A program made the translations under genes and the position numbers. A model generated the notes under the pieces. It did not search any database. It was not told the origin of the DNA and saw only the letters and a list, made by a program, of their open reading frames with translations. Below are positions 52,089-64,000 of a DNA stretch of 64,000 nt, piece by piece. The number at the start of each line of letters is the position of its first letter. Positions within the stretch are counted from its first letter, which is position 1. The stretch comes from Squalus acanthias (Eukaryota): positions 138,634,001 to 138,698,000 of the forward strand of contig CM059432.1 in assembly GCA_030390025.1 (NCBI GenBank). The letters run 5' to 3'.

Positions 52089-52674
52089 CCCATGGCTAAT
52101 GTCATCTGTCCTTCAAAGCTGCAGCTGAGGGTTATAACGATGTCTGTGCCAGAACATTCATCATCACTGGGCACACCATTGGCATATTCAAGGGCCATTC
52201 TGGAGCAGCTCTGCAATATAAACCTTGTAGCGTCTCAAGAATAGTTGTTGCTTGCCGGTTTCTTCATGAATATGCCCTGCAGAAACCTCTTCCCATGGAT
52301 ATCCCGGTGTGGGAAGGCAAGGCAGGAATGGGATCACATCATCCACAGGAACAGCAGGAGGGAGACAGATTCAGCAGCAGATCAGAAACATCATACCGAT
52401 CACTAAATAAAGAAAAACACCTCTATTGGGACCTCACAGTGCATCCAACATCTTACCTTCTCCCACAATCGCCAACTCCATACAATTCTGCTTATTCAGA
52501 ATTTACAGCTTTCTCACCGAAAGACTCCTGGGTGACTCTTATATTGCCACAATTATAGACAGTTGTCATTATTATCGTTAGACTATTTATCACGACAGAT
52601 TTTTTAATGTGCACCAACCTTTATGTGCTGCCTTTCTTCCGAAGACCATGCTTCCCCTTGGTGTGCTGTCCTTA

Positions 52675-53112
52675 AGAAAGAAAGAACTTGCAATTATAGA
52701 GCGCCTTTCACAACTTCAGGACGTCCCATAACGCTTTACAGCCAATGAACCACTTTTGAAGTCGAGTCACTTTTGTAATGTAGGGAAACGCGGCAGCCAG
52801 TGTGCGCACAGCAAGATCCCACTAGCAGCATTGTGATAAATGACCAGATAATCTGTTTTAGTGATTTTGGTTGAGCGATAAATATTGGCCAGGACACCGG
52901 GGGATAACTCCCCTGCTCTTCTTCGAAATAGTGCCGTGGGATCTTTTACATCCACCTGAGAAGGCAGATGGGACGGGGCCTCGATGTAACGCCTCATCCG
53001 AAAGATGGCACTTCAGTACTGCACTGGAAGTGTAGGCCTGGATTCTGTGCTCAAGTCTCTGGAGTGAACTCATGACCATCTGGCTCAGAGATGAGAGTGC
53101 TACCCACTGAGT
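52675..53112 (-). mobile_element. SacSINE1-like Deu-domain tRNA SINE, essentially full length
   Basis: tRNA-like head (ctcagtgggtagcactctc), Deu core (ctcaggtggatgtaaaagatccc..gcactatttcgaagaagagcagggg) and L2-type tail. Confidence 0.8.
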
Positions 53113-53307
53113 AACAAAAGCCTATTCTTGTACTCTGTCTAGGTGCTACCTGAGGGCCAGGGACACCCGAGGTGCTCGGCTGCATCCTGGAAGGTGAGCC
53201 TCTTGGGACTGATGTGGTCTTGGTCTCGATGCTGCTGTTTCCCAAGGGGACTTTGTTTCAGGTTGTATCTCCACTGCTGATGCATGGACAGCCTGGTATC
53301 AGGTTGT

Positions 53308-54097
53308 ATTTATTTTTATTCGTTCATGAGATGTGGGCGTCGCTGGCAAAGCCAGCATTTATTGCCCATCCCTAATTGCCCTTGAGTAGGTGGTGGTGGT
53401 GAGCCGCCTTTTTGAACCGCTGCAGTCCGTGTGGTGAAGGTGCTCCCACAGTGCTGTTAGGGAGGGAGTTCCAGGATTTTGACCCAGCGACGATGAAGGA
53501 ACAGCGATATATTTCCAAGTCAGGATGGTGTGTGACTTGGAGAGGAACTTGGAGGTGATGGTGTTCCCATCTGCCTGCTGCCCTTGTCCTTTTTGGTACC
53601 AGTGGTCATGGGTTTGGGAGGTGCTGTTGAAGAAGCCTTGGCGAGTTGCTGCAGTGCATCTTGTAGCTGGTACACTCTGCAGCTACAGTGCGTCGGTGGT
53701 GGAGGGAGTGAATGTTTAAGGCGGTGGATGGGGTGCCAATCAAGCGGGCTGCTTTGTCCTGGATGGTGTCGAGCTTCTTGAGTGTTGTTGGAGCTGCACT
53801 CATTCAGGCAAGTGGAGAGTGTTCCATCACACTCCTGACTTGTAGATGGTAGAACGGCTTTGGGGAGTCAGGAGGTGAGACACTCGCCGCAGAATACCCA
53901 GCCTCTGACCTGCTCTTGTAGCCACAGTATTTATGTGGCTGGTCCAGTTAAGTTTCTGATCAATGGTGACCCCTAGGATGTTGATGGTGGGGGATTCGGC
54001 GATGGTAATCCTATTGAATGTCAAAGGGAGGTGGTTAGACTCTTTCTTGTTGGAGATGGTCATTGCCTGGCACTTGTGTGGTGCAAATGTTACTTGC
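53308..54097 (-). mobile_element. CR1-group (Zenon-like) LINE 3' fragment inserted in a ~41-bp tandem repeat
   Basis: Reverse complement of 30140-30920; flanked by aggttgtatctccactgctg.tgcatggacagcctg units. Confidence 0.85.
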
Positions 54098-54389
54098 ATC
54101 TCCACTGCTGGTGCATGGACAGCCTGGATTAAGGTTGTATCTCCACTACTGGTGCATGGACAGCCTGATGCTGATTCCTTCTGTCTACATGAGGAGGCAT
54201 CTGAGAGGCTTAACTGGAGAGCTCATTTATGGTACCATTGGGAATGAGAGCATCATGAGGAGGTAATCCTACCATGCCATGTGCGTTGGGACCTGAACTG
54301 GACTGCGTACTGATCAGTGGCAGGGCAGACTTAATGGTGGCAGTTAGATACTAAAAACCCTGAGCGATTACAAGGACGATAATAGAACT

Positions 54390-55253
54390 GAGAGGGTACA
54401 GGTATCAGGAAAGACTGAATAGGGGCTCTTTTCTCTAGCAATGGGAAGACTGAGAGGTGACCTTAAAATTATGAAGGGGTTCGATAGGGTAGACTTAGAG
54501 AGGATGTTTCCACTTGTGGGGGAGTCCAAAACTAGTGGCCATAAATATAAAATAAAAACAGAAAATGCTGGAAATACTCAGCAGGTCAGGCAGCATCTGT
54601 GGAGAGTGAAACAGAGTTAACGTTTCAGGTCGATGACCCTTCGTCAGGGCTGAATGGCCTGTTGCTGTGCTGTAACATTCTATGTATTTCTATGTATCTA
54701 TGTCCCCCTGGGTGTATTTCTCTGGGTTCGAGTGTGTGAGAGAAAGGGTGAATGACGGTGTAGGCGAGGGTATGGCGGGATTTTTGCAGAGGTTGAAAGC
54801 CCTTGCCCACTTTATTTTTTCCTCAGCGGCATTTTTGCAGTGATTCATTTGGAAGGAAAGAAAATGAAGAGATCAGGCGGGCACCATGAGGTCTTCTTTA
54901 CAGATCATCGACCTGAAACGTTGACTCTGTTTCTCTCTCCACAGGTGCTGCCTGACCCTGCTGAGTATCTCCAGCATTTTCAGTTTTTATTTCAGATTTC
55001 CAGCATCCGCAGTATTTTGCTTTTGTATCATAAATATAAGATAGTCACTAATAAATCCAATAAGGTATTCAGAAGAAACTTCTTTACCCAAAGAGTGGTG
55101 AGAATGTGGAACTCGCTACCACAGGGAATAATTGAAGCGAATTGCATAGATACCTTTAAGGGGAAGCTAGATATAAACACACGAGGGAGAAAGGAATAGA
55201 AGGATATGCTTATAGGGTGAGATGAAGTAAGGTGGGAGGAGGCTCGTGTGGAG
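54390..55253 (+). mobile_element. CR1 3' fragment hosting the Penelope-type insertion
   Basis: Colinear with 1830-2160 once 54551-55039 is removed. Confidence 0.8.
54551..55028. mobile_element. Non-autonomous Penelope-type element: inverted pLTR arms enclosing 257 bp of local DNA
   Basis: Arms 54551-54647 and 54905-54991 are inverted repeats; extension to 55028; 11-bp TSD CATAAATATAA (54540-54550, 55029-55039); minus-strand CTGACGA-agggtc.atc.gacct-GAAAcgtt hammerhead core. Confidence 0.75.
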
Positions 55254-56389
55254 CAATACACAGGAGCTCAGCAAGAGATATAGAGAATCCTTACAGTTCC
55301 AGATGCAAGTAATGGGCACTGTACAGTATGAGATTTCCATTAACATTCCATTAAAAAATGGATATTAGAATAAACATTCAACACTGCAGCAAAAATGTGC
55401 GCGCTAAGTGGCCGGAAGTACTTCATGTGCATATGCACTGGCACAGACCAGTGGGGCTGAATGGCCTGTTGCTGTGCTGTAACATTCTATGTATTTCTTT
55501 GTATCTACGTCCCCCCTGGGTGTATTTCTCTGGATTCGAGTGTGTGAGAGAAAGGGTGAATGACGGTGTAGGCGAGGGTATGGCGGGATTTTGCAGAGGT
55601 TGAAAGCCCTTGCCCACTTTATTTTTTCCTCAGCGGCATTTTCGCAGTGATTCGTCTGGAGGGAAAGAAAATGAAGAGATCAGGCGGGCACCATGAGGTC
55701 TTCTTTACAGTATTTGAAGGGGCACAATCAGGGTTTTTTTTTGCTAGTGCGTCTCTCCTTCCAGAACACGAGACAGAGAAGCTGCAGATAGTCCAGACAA
55801 ACCCACAACTGCCATTGTCCCTCCTACTTCGCCGACCCCAAAGGTGTCTGCAGTGCGTCTCCCCATGTGGGGCGAGAGGCCTTATATTGGGTGAAACAAG
55901 TGCAGGCGTTTCGGGCTGGCTTCCCTGCGAGAGAAGGCAGGAGTATAGCTGGGCAGAGTATCTGACAAGAATTCGACACACAAAGTAACGACAGGGGCAA
56001 CCAGCCAGAAAGGATAAGCGTGATAAGTTAGGGAGGATTTCTCATGAATGGCACACTGTGAGAAAAGGCCACTTGCAGGTGAATTTGAGCCATAGAAATG
56101 GGAATTTTCAAATTCAGAATTAGCCACTTAGGATTTCTCCCTAGGAAGCACAGAACAGCAGTGGTCACGGGAGAACGGGATCCCAAGGCTTCCTGGCTGG
56201 CGTTTACAGAGTCAGAGCTGCCGACTGTATTTTACCGTATGTCAGTCTGCTTCTCCGCTCCAGGTGTCTCTGTTGCTGCTGAAACTCCACGTGTACCCGA
56301 GCTGGGCTGAGCTTTTGACCGAAATCTCCAGGTTCCAACTGCTGACCCCAACCCTTTGAGAAATTCCTTCCCACCCGCCCAACTCGTTA

Positions 56390-56720
56390 GCCCAGGTTTT
56401 CCAGGGATTCACCCACTCTAACTAGTCTGCGTTATCCCGGTAATTCTCCCCACTCACTGCCCCAATTTTTCCAGGGATTCCCCGTATCTGATTTTTTTCC
56501 AGGAATTCCCCTCTCCCACTTTCATGCTGGCACAAAGTTCTCCAGGGATTCCCTCCTCTCTCTGGCTCAAGTTTTACAGAGATTCCCCCCTCCATCATTG
56601 GTCCAATTTTTCCGGGAATTCCCCTCTCCCACTTGCCTGTCTGATTTTTCTAGGACTCCCCACCCACCCAGTCTGTGACCCAGCTTTTCCAAAATATTCC
56701 CACTCACTGACCGGACTTTT
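56390..56720. repeat. Degenerate ~35-bp-period minisatellite with core TTTTCCAGGGATTCCC
   Basis: About nine cores, near 56396, 56431, 56465, 56492, 56537, 56571, 56606, 56644 and 56684. Confidence 0.75.
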
Positions 56721-56904
56721 CAATGGATGCCGGCTTTCCACATAGAACTGAATAGCAGCGAGATAAGGAAAATGGAAAGGGGGGGGAAGAAAAGGAGAAA
56801 GAAGTAGAAAAAAGAGAGAGAGAATGTGAACAGAAAAAGCAAGGGGGTGGCGAGAGGGAGTGAGATGAACCAGAAAAGGATAAAATGAAGCAGAAAAGGG
56901 AGGA

Positions 56905-57517
56905 AAGAAAGAAAAACTTGCATTTCTATAGCGCCTTTCATGACCTCAGGACGTCCAAAAGCGCTTTACAGCCAATGAAATACTTTTGAAGTGTAGTCAC
57001 TGGTCACTGTTGTAATTTAGGAAAAGTGGCAGCCAATTTGTGCACAGCAAGCTCCCACAAACAGCAATGTGATAATGTCCAGATAATCTGTTTTAGTGAT
57101 GTTGATTGAGGGATAAAGACTGGCCAGGACACCGGGAAGAACTCCCCTGGCTCTTCTTCCAAATAGTGTCATGGGATCTTTTATGTCCACCTGAGAGGGC
57201 AGACGGGGCATCGGTTTAACGCCTCATCCAAAAGATGGAGACTGTCCAGATACTGTCAAGATGTGGGACAACCCATGAGGTTGACCAGCGGCAACTATTC
57301 CCTTGTTTGATGCCTGAAAACGTTAAACATCCACCTGAGAAAGCAGACGGGGCCTCGGTTTAACGTCTCACCTGAAAGACGACACCGCCGACAGTGCAGC
57401 ACTGCTTCAGTACTGGTACTGGAGTGTCAGCCTAGATTTTTGTGCTCAAGTCTCTGGAGTGGGACTTGAACCCACAACCTTCTGACTCAGAGGTGAGAGT
57501 GCTACCCACTGAGCCAC
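56905..57517 (-). mobile_element. SacSINE1-like SINE with an internal ~55-bp duplication and ~90-bp insert (or two overlapping copies)
   Basis: tccacctgaga..gcagacgggg occurs near 57186 and 57330; complete head at 57470-57517. Confidence 0.8.
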
Positions 57518-57984
57518 GGGAAGAGAGAGAATGTGAGCTGGAAAAGGGGAGAGGGGGCATTCAAGTGTGAACTAGAAAGGGAGAACAAGCAAATCAGGAA
57601 AATGAGGGAATGAACCAGAAGAGGACAGGAGAGAGAGAACTGGAAGAGGGGAAGAAAGAGAAAGAAAGAAACAGAAGGAAGGCTGAGAAGCAAGGGAAGG
57701 AGGAGAGAGAAGGAGAGTGGGAAGGCATACTAGTATCATGATCTTTAGTTTGACTAGTGCAAAGTCTAGAGAACTGCTGAATTCAATTGCTTTTGCTTAT
57801 CTTCATTGCCAAGGATGACATGTTGCATGAGTGACCTGCAAGCAAAATTAGGCATAAAAATAGATCATTTTGCTTCACAGTCATAGTTGTGCTCTAAAAA
57901 TAGTTGGTGTGTCCAGCCATGAAGGTGCACTTGTAGATTTTGCATGTGGAACAGGGATGGGAGTAGAGATCATTGGTGCAGAGT

Positions 57985-58385
57985 AAAAAGAAAGCAAGAA
58001 CTTGCTTTTCTACAGCGCCTTTCATGACCTCAGGACATCCCAAATTGCTTTACCGCCAAATGAAATACTTTTGAAGTGTCGTCACTGTTGTGATGTAGGA
58101 AACGCGGTAGACAATTTGCGCACAGCAAAATCCCACAAACAGCAATATGACAAATGACCAGATAATCTTTTTTTAGTGATGTTGGTCGAGGGATAAATAA
58201 TGACCAGGACCTCCCCTGCTCTTCTTCGAAATAGTGTCGTGGGACCTTTTACGTCCACCTGAGAGGGCAGATGGGGGTCTTGGCTTAACGTCCCATCTGC
58301 AAGATGGCATCTCTGACAGTGCAGCAACACCCTCAGTACTGGCACTGGGAGTGTCAGCCTGGATTTCTGTGCTCAAGTCTCTGGC
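57985..58385 (-). mobile_element. SacSINE1-like SINE, head truncated
   Basis: Same family as 52675-53112. Confidence 0.8.
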
Positions 58386-58415
58386 ATACAGCCTGAGCAC
58401 AGTGAGGGTAAGCTA

Positions 58416-58758
58416 TGCACATTCTCCCCGTGTCTGCGTGGGTTTCCTCCGGGTGCTCCGGTTTCCTCCCACAGTCCAAAAATGTGCGGGTTAGGTTGAT
58501 TTGGCTATGATAAATTGACCCTTAGTGTTAGGGGGGGATTAAATATGTGGGGTTATGGGGATAGGATAGGATATGTTAGGGGGAATTAAATACGTGGGGT
58601 TACGGGGGTAGGGTGGGATATGTGTACTGTGGGGATTAAAGCAGGGACAGGGTACTGGAATTGGATGATCAGCCATGATCGTATTGAATGGTGGAGCAGG
58701 CTCGACGGGCCGAATGGCCTACTCCTGCTCCTAGATTCTATGTTTCTATGTTTCTATG
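58416..58758 (+). mobile_element. HE1-type V-SINE (5' truncated) with HER1 LINE tail
   Basis: V-domain tgcacattctccccgtgtctgcgtgggtttcctccgggtgctccggtttcctcccaca; tail matches the CR1 3' end at 47270-47366; internal ~47-bp duplication. Confidence 0.8.
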
Positions 58759-60259
58759 AAGGAGTGCCACACACACAAAGAAACAACTTTGAAGGGTCAT
58801 GGGGAGGAGTAAGCATACTGGTTAGTTCATTGAACATCCCCCTGAACTGTGGTGGAGTTCTAGGCAGTCAAAGACATGGCACCGAAAGAGACAGCCACCT
58901 TCACAAAGTGAGTACTTGTGACTTCAGGGGTCTCCTGTTGTCAACCCCAAAGAGTCCATCCCTGCTGCTTTGCATTTCAGTCAGAAAGGATGTGCAGGTC
59001 TGATTGAGAAAAGTTTGCTGCACTTCCTGCTATCCCAGCTGTTCCGCTTCCTCCGGTGCTACCTTTGCCCTTTTTAAGCAGAGGCAGGTAGTATCCACAA
59101 AATTTCAATATTTAAAATTACCCTCCCACCCCTCCAAAGTCATGAAATCTGGTGCATCCTGACACAAATGCGAGTGTTGCTGTATAAATATTCAGACTTG
59201 GAACTATACATCGAGTTCCTCAGAGAGGGGCAACTCCACAGTTCCGATCGCAATCTACATTCCTGATTAAAAAATAAATCTTAAAAAATGTGACTAGGCA
59301 ACAGCCGTGCAGTCATAAACTTCATTGAATAAAAACTCGAGCAAAGTATATTCAGATAAGACCATTGCTGATCTCTATTAAAGCTCAAGAATAAGGAACA
59401 ATTTGAATGACGTTACATGACACGATGACCATCAAGTCAGCACGGTTTCAACTGCAGCAGCAAAAATACGACGACAGCAGACAACCGGAATCGTTACTTA
59501 AAAAGAAACTCTCCTGATCTATTCAGTATTTGCATTGTAAAAGCTAAAGCCCTCATATTTTTACATACCACAGAGCCAAATTACTAAACAACCATGGGCT
59601 AAATTATTCAGCCTTCACATCGATCCACGAATCCAAAAATTAAACTGCCACATCTTCCTGCACTGACTATATGGCACGCGGATTCACAATCACCTTTGTG
59701 CCTCCCTGCGTCATTCTCAGCACCTGGAGTTCAACAGACGTAGCCGACCCCAGCCTCGAGAGTATGGGACCAGCACAGCAGCTGCAGTCTAACATGGATG
59801 ATACAGCTGGTGGCTTAATATATTGGTCACTATACCCCTTTACTGAGGGATCACATTCCCACATCATTCCGATTTTGACTCTCCGCAGAGGGTGCAATTA
59901 ATATTTCTGCAACAGAATGAAAAACCAAGGATGTTAAGTGGTCATACAAAAACAAGTAGATCTGAACCTATTAAAATTGTTAAGAATGTATAAAATAATA
60001 TTTATATGCATTTGACAGATTTAGTAGTGTATTGGCTGCTGCTCTGTGTGTAAAACACATCATATAATTATATTGTTATTCACTAATTGTACATTAAAAC
60101 AGGGCTTATTTTCATAATTGGTAAACATATGAATCACTTAGAATACTGGGTCCCAGCCAAGCGCCTAATTCTCTTTTTTTTTTAAAAAGTTAAGTCAGTT
60201 TTGTTTAATTATTTGTAGGCTTGAAAATGCAAGTGAAATCTATGAATTATAGAGCTGTC

Positions 60260-61492
60260 TTTTTTTTTTACCAGAACGATTTATTGGTACAAGCGGTTAA
60301 CAAAAGAAAAACAGAAACTTTTTTTTTTAAAGCCATGTTAACGATTGTCAAACATAAAATCGTACATTATCATATTACCTTGCATTTGTCGTACAGTTAA
60401 ACAGACCACCTGAGCAGAGTAAAGCTTCTCTTTTTTAATCTCAAATTATGTCACCTTCTGGTATTCCCCCTCCCAAAAAAAACCAAAGCAAAAGAAAACA
60501 AGCAACAAGTTCAACGCATTCTTCTGAATTTGTAAGTCTGGGGGAAAAATCAGCATTTGAACGACGAAAATAAATAGCTAACTACATCTAGCATTTCATG
60601 GTGGTTGACTATGCGCAACTTGCCTGAATTCATTTGTTTATTCTCTGTTGATAGAACCTAAAACAAAGTTAGGAAAAATGCACGGAATACAATTTCCCCC
60701 TCTCTGTTCTCCCACCCCTTTCCAAGTCTTCTGTTATCTGGCTGGGTTTCACTTCACTTCCTGCCGTTGCCAGGTATAAAGAAGGTAATTAAAGAAATAT
60801 GCGACAATCTATGCTTCCAGCTTTGTACCAGACTTCTGACGCAATTCAGATGCAGGACCCTCAGTCTTTAGTGCTCAAGTCAGGAAACAAATATAAATGA
60901 GCTGAGTCGCCCAATTAAATGATCTCTCGAATCTATTTCCAAACTGTTTCTTCCCCCACTTTTTGGTCCCCCTGTATCCTGCACCACTCCCTGAGACTGA
61001 GGTGACCCCCTCTAAAGACTTCTGCTAAGACTGTTCTTGAGCTTGTGTCAATGTTCCCCTACCCGCACGCTCCCCCCGCCCCCCCCACTTTTAGTGACAC
61101 AGCTGAGATGAGCAATTCTGCACACAGGAAATCATAGGGGTACACACCAACACACAGACCAACCTACAACTCCACCATACTGCCTTCAAAGTCATCTTAT
61201 AAATGGATGCATCCAATTAACTAATGGAGGACTATTGTTTTGGGCAGCAGACTTTTTAACATTCCTTTGTTCCAGTGGAGTCATTATGATCAGTTATCTC
61301 TCACTCAATTAGATAGTGGTATTATACTCCCAATCATTGCTTCATAGCCAATCAGATTCCCAATCACTGACTTACTAGCAGACACATGGAATGCATGTGC
61401 CGTACCGAGCGTGTTATGCCTACAATAGTACATCTGATGGAATGTCAGCCACTGTATCTTTTGATAGAGCTTCCTACCCTACTAATGGCAAG
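60260..61492 (-). other. ZNF407: Probable ZNF407 3' UTR
   Basis: Repeat-free AU-rich sequence directly after the stop codon, ending near a minus-strand AATAAA. Confidence 0.55.
60280..60285 (-). promoter_or_regulatory. Candidate polyadenylation signal AATAAA for ZNF407
   Basis: Plus-strand tttatt at 60280-60285, about 1.2 kb downstream of the stop codon. Confidence 0.5.
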
Positions 61493-62865
61493 TCATGCTT
61501 CTTGGATTCCACCAACTTCCATTTCTTGCTCTTCTTCAGTTGACAACTCAGTCATAACTATCTCTGACCTGCCCTCAGTGTAACACTCTGACAATGCAAT
61601 CGTTGTCACTGGATGACCGAGTGACGGCACGTCCTCACTAATCAGTTCCATTACACCGTGTGGGTAAACTTCAGTCACTGTCCTGGAGTGGTCACCGTTC
61701 ACCATGCTGTGTGGTAATTCTGTCACAATAACATGAGTTGCTTCTTCAGACATATGACCAGTGGCCTCTTGAACCATGGCTTGGGCTATTTCCTCCGAGA
61801 CAATTATCTGCGATATTCCACCAGAAGAGTCTACCAGGCGCACCGGATGTCCGTTAGTAGTTATAGTTTGCTCTTCGCTTTCTTGCATTATGATCTGGGA
61901 AGCCCCCTCAACCATGTGCGCGGTCCCTTCCTCAGTAACTATGACCTGAGTGATGCCGTCTTTCACAATATGGCTCGTTGTCCTCACATCGCACATGGTG
62001 AACTGCAGCACCTCCTGTACCATGTCACTGAAAGCAACTTGAGATCCTGCTTGTGCCGCGGTTACAGACGCTGGCTGCTCAATGTCTGACACCATCCCCA
62101 CAGCCTCTGCGGCTTCATGGTCAGCTTGTACTTTGTGGAATATCTGCATTGCTCCGCACATTGACTCACTTGGGACCGAAGTGACCTCCTCGATGGCAGA
62201 GTTCACTGAGTAAATGCCCTCTTGGTTGGACTCACTACTTTCCTGCTCAGTAGATCTTGCCTCTACTGCACCCAATTCCGTGACGGCACACAGAAGTGCA
62301 TCCAGCGCTGTAGGCGTGTCTGCCGCGTGCACTGTCGATTCCTCTTGCGTCACCACTTGCTCGATTATGTGATTTGAATTAGTGAGGGTTTCCATGGCGA
62401 CGGCCGTTTCTGTAACGTCCCCTTCTTCGATTGGGCTCTCAACCACGACCACCTGGGTGGCACCCGATGTCAGCCGTCTCGCGAGAATCTGCCCGGGCAC
62501 CATGCCGCCCATGTGGGCAGTGCTCTGAGTTGTGGCTATAAGCTGCCCATCTTCTGTGATGTGCACCACTTCCGCCACCTGAGCCATTTGGCCTGCCATA
62601 GCCAGAGTCTGAAGAGTCGCCGCTGCAGTGGCTTCTACAGAGGCATCGATGGAGATGCCCTCTCCATAGCCGTCTTGATACCCTTGAATTATAATGACTT
62701 GCCCGATGGACTCGGTTGGTTCCTGCTGCTCAATGCAGCCATCGAATGCGTCGCCTGTGACTTCAGAAGAATCTACGCTTTGAGGTGTGTTGAATGGGAC
62801 AGCTGTTTCTACAAACTGTGCTCCTTGGCCTTTCAGTCGACATTCATATGCCTTGGAGACGATCC
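61493..62865 (-). CDS. ZNF407: Zinc finger protein 407, last coding exon (acidic, low-complexity C-terminal region)
   Basis: Minus-strand pyrimidine tract and acceptor (tttttccctaaatttcag|GG ATC; AG at 62867-62866). The frame is open through GIVSKAYECRLKGQGAQFVET...VEATAAATLQTLAMAGQMAQVAEVVHITEDGQ...ALDALLCAVTELG...VKDGITQVIVTEEG...QEA* (stop at 61493). These blocks match my recollection of the vertebrate ZNF407 C-terminus. Confidence 0.9.
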
Positions 62866-63115
62866 CTGAAATTTAGGGAAAAATAGAAATATCAGTTATG
62901 CTTGAAGAAATTGATAAGAAAAAATTCTACTGATCTGAGTAAGTATTGCCACTACGATTAATATAGATTTTTGATGTAGATGCAATACCTTAAAAAGCTG
63001 TCTCAGAAATGACTTTCTATCTGCCAGCAATGCACAACATATGGAATTTGAAGATCTGTTTTTACTTTATCATTAACGAAGCTCACAAGAAAGGATATAA
63101 TAACTTTTTAACTAT

Positions 63116-63305
63116 AGTGTCAGCTGTGGCCCAGTGAGCAGCACTCTCGCTTCTGAGTCAGAAGGTGATGACCTCAAGTCCCACTGACCTGGGCACATAA
63201 TCTAGGCCGACAGTCCCAGTGCAGCACTGAGGTGCCGTCATTCGGATGAGATGTTAAACCAAGGCCCCATCTGCTCTCTCAGCTGGACATAAAAGATCCC
63301 AAGAC
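63116..63305 (+). mobile_element. SacSINE1-like SINE 5' half, in the ZNF407 intron
   Basis: tRNA-like head plus the start of the Deu core. Confidence 0.7.
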
Positions 63306-63689
63306 ACACGTCAAACCTCACTCCTGGCTTTCACAATGTAAATAGTTGCCTCCTAGTCCTACCACCACCTCAAACAATCTATTCACTTGTATTGTTGATA
63401 TCAATGTCCTTAATAACTTTAAAGACCTGAATGAGATCCCCTCTCAGTCTATGCCCTCCAGTAACTGCAAATCCAAGGTACAAAGTCCAGCTCCATAATT
63501 CAATGCACTTAGTTTGACGATCATTCTGGTTGCTCTTCTCTGTATATTTGGGCAGTTTTTTTATTCTTGGCCTCACTTTAAAATATTTCATAATCATTCT
63601 CAAAGACTTGTACTTGATACTGAAAAAAATTGTCTATACTTATGGGCATTATAATTCCAAACCTATATTCGGACAGATGATAATGTCTA

Positions 63690-64000
63690 TCAGAAAAGAG
63701 TGAACAGGCTGGGGTCCTTTTCTCTAGAAAAGAGAAGGCTGAGGGGTGACCGGATAGAGGTCTTTCAGATTATGAAAGGGGTTCAATAGGGTAGACGCAG
63801 AGAAGATGTTTCCACTTGTGGGCAAGACCAAAACTAGGGGCCATCAATATAAGACAGTCACTAATAAATTCAATAGGGAATTCAGGAGAAACTTCTTTAC
63901 CCAGAGAGTGGTTAGAATGTGGAACTCGCTACCACAAGGAGTAGTTGAGGCGAATAGCACAGATGCATTTAAGGGGAAGCTAGATGAGGGAGAAAAGAAT
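63690..64000 (+). mobile_element. CR1 3' fragment, in the ZNF407 intron
   Basis: Very similar to 1830-2100. Confidence 0.85.

Noticed and set aside
56390..56720. CRISPR-like repeat-spacer array
   Set aside because: The context is vertebrate, cores are degenerate, spacers are compositionally related to each other, and there are no cas genes.
57470..57517. tRNA genes (also ~53060-53112, 63116-63185, 20130-20325, 6320-6370)
   Set aside because: These are tRNA-derived SINE heads attached to SINE bodies; none forms a complete cloverleaf.
61733..62869. Plus-strand ORFs overlapping the ZNF407 exon
   Set aside because: Antisense shadow frames with no recognisable protein features.

Overview
Vertebrate nuclear DNA, almost certainly from a shark or other elasmobranch. 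The repeat content supports this: HER1/CR1 LINEs, an HE1 V-SINE, SacSINE1-like Deu-domain SINEs, L2, and shark-type Penelope elements. The only host coding sequence I can support is the last coding exon of ZNF407 on the minus strand (62865 to 61493), with a 3' UTR running to about 60260. The other ~60 kb lies downstream of that gene; in other vertebrates this interval leads toward ZADH2/TSHZ1 (synteny inferred, not visible here). It is a mosaic of nested retroelements (CR1, L2, a Zenon-like CR1-group LINE, Vingi, Penelope/GIY-YIG), non-autonomous PIF/Harbinger and hAT elements, and a few repeat-free islands that may be conserved enhancers. The most unusual structures are: (1) a Penelope-type inverted-repeat insertion whose two hammerhead-ribozyme arms are both broken and enclose a 257-bp copy of nearby DNA; (2) a twin-priming-type 5' inversion in a non-L1 LINE; (3) a Vingi element nested three levels deep; (4) a ~35-bp-period array of overlapping STAT/NF-kB/NFAT-like motifs; (5) a duplicated ~165-bp element with conserved hairpins. 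All family assignments come from motif recognition by eye; no database searches were run.
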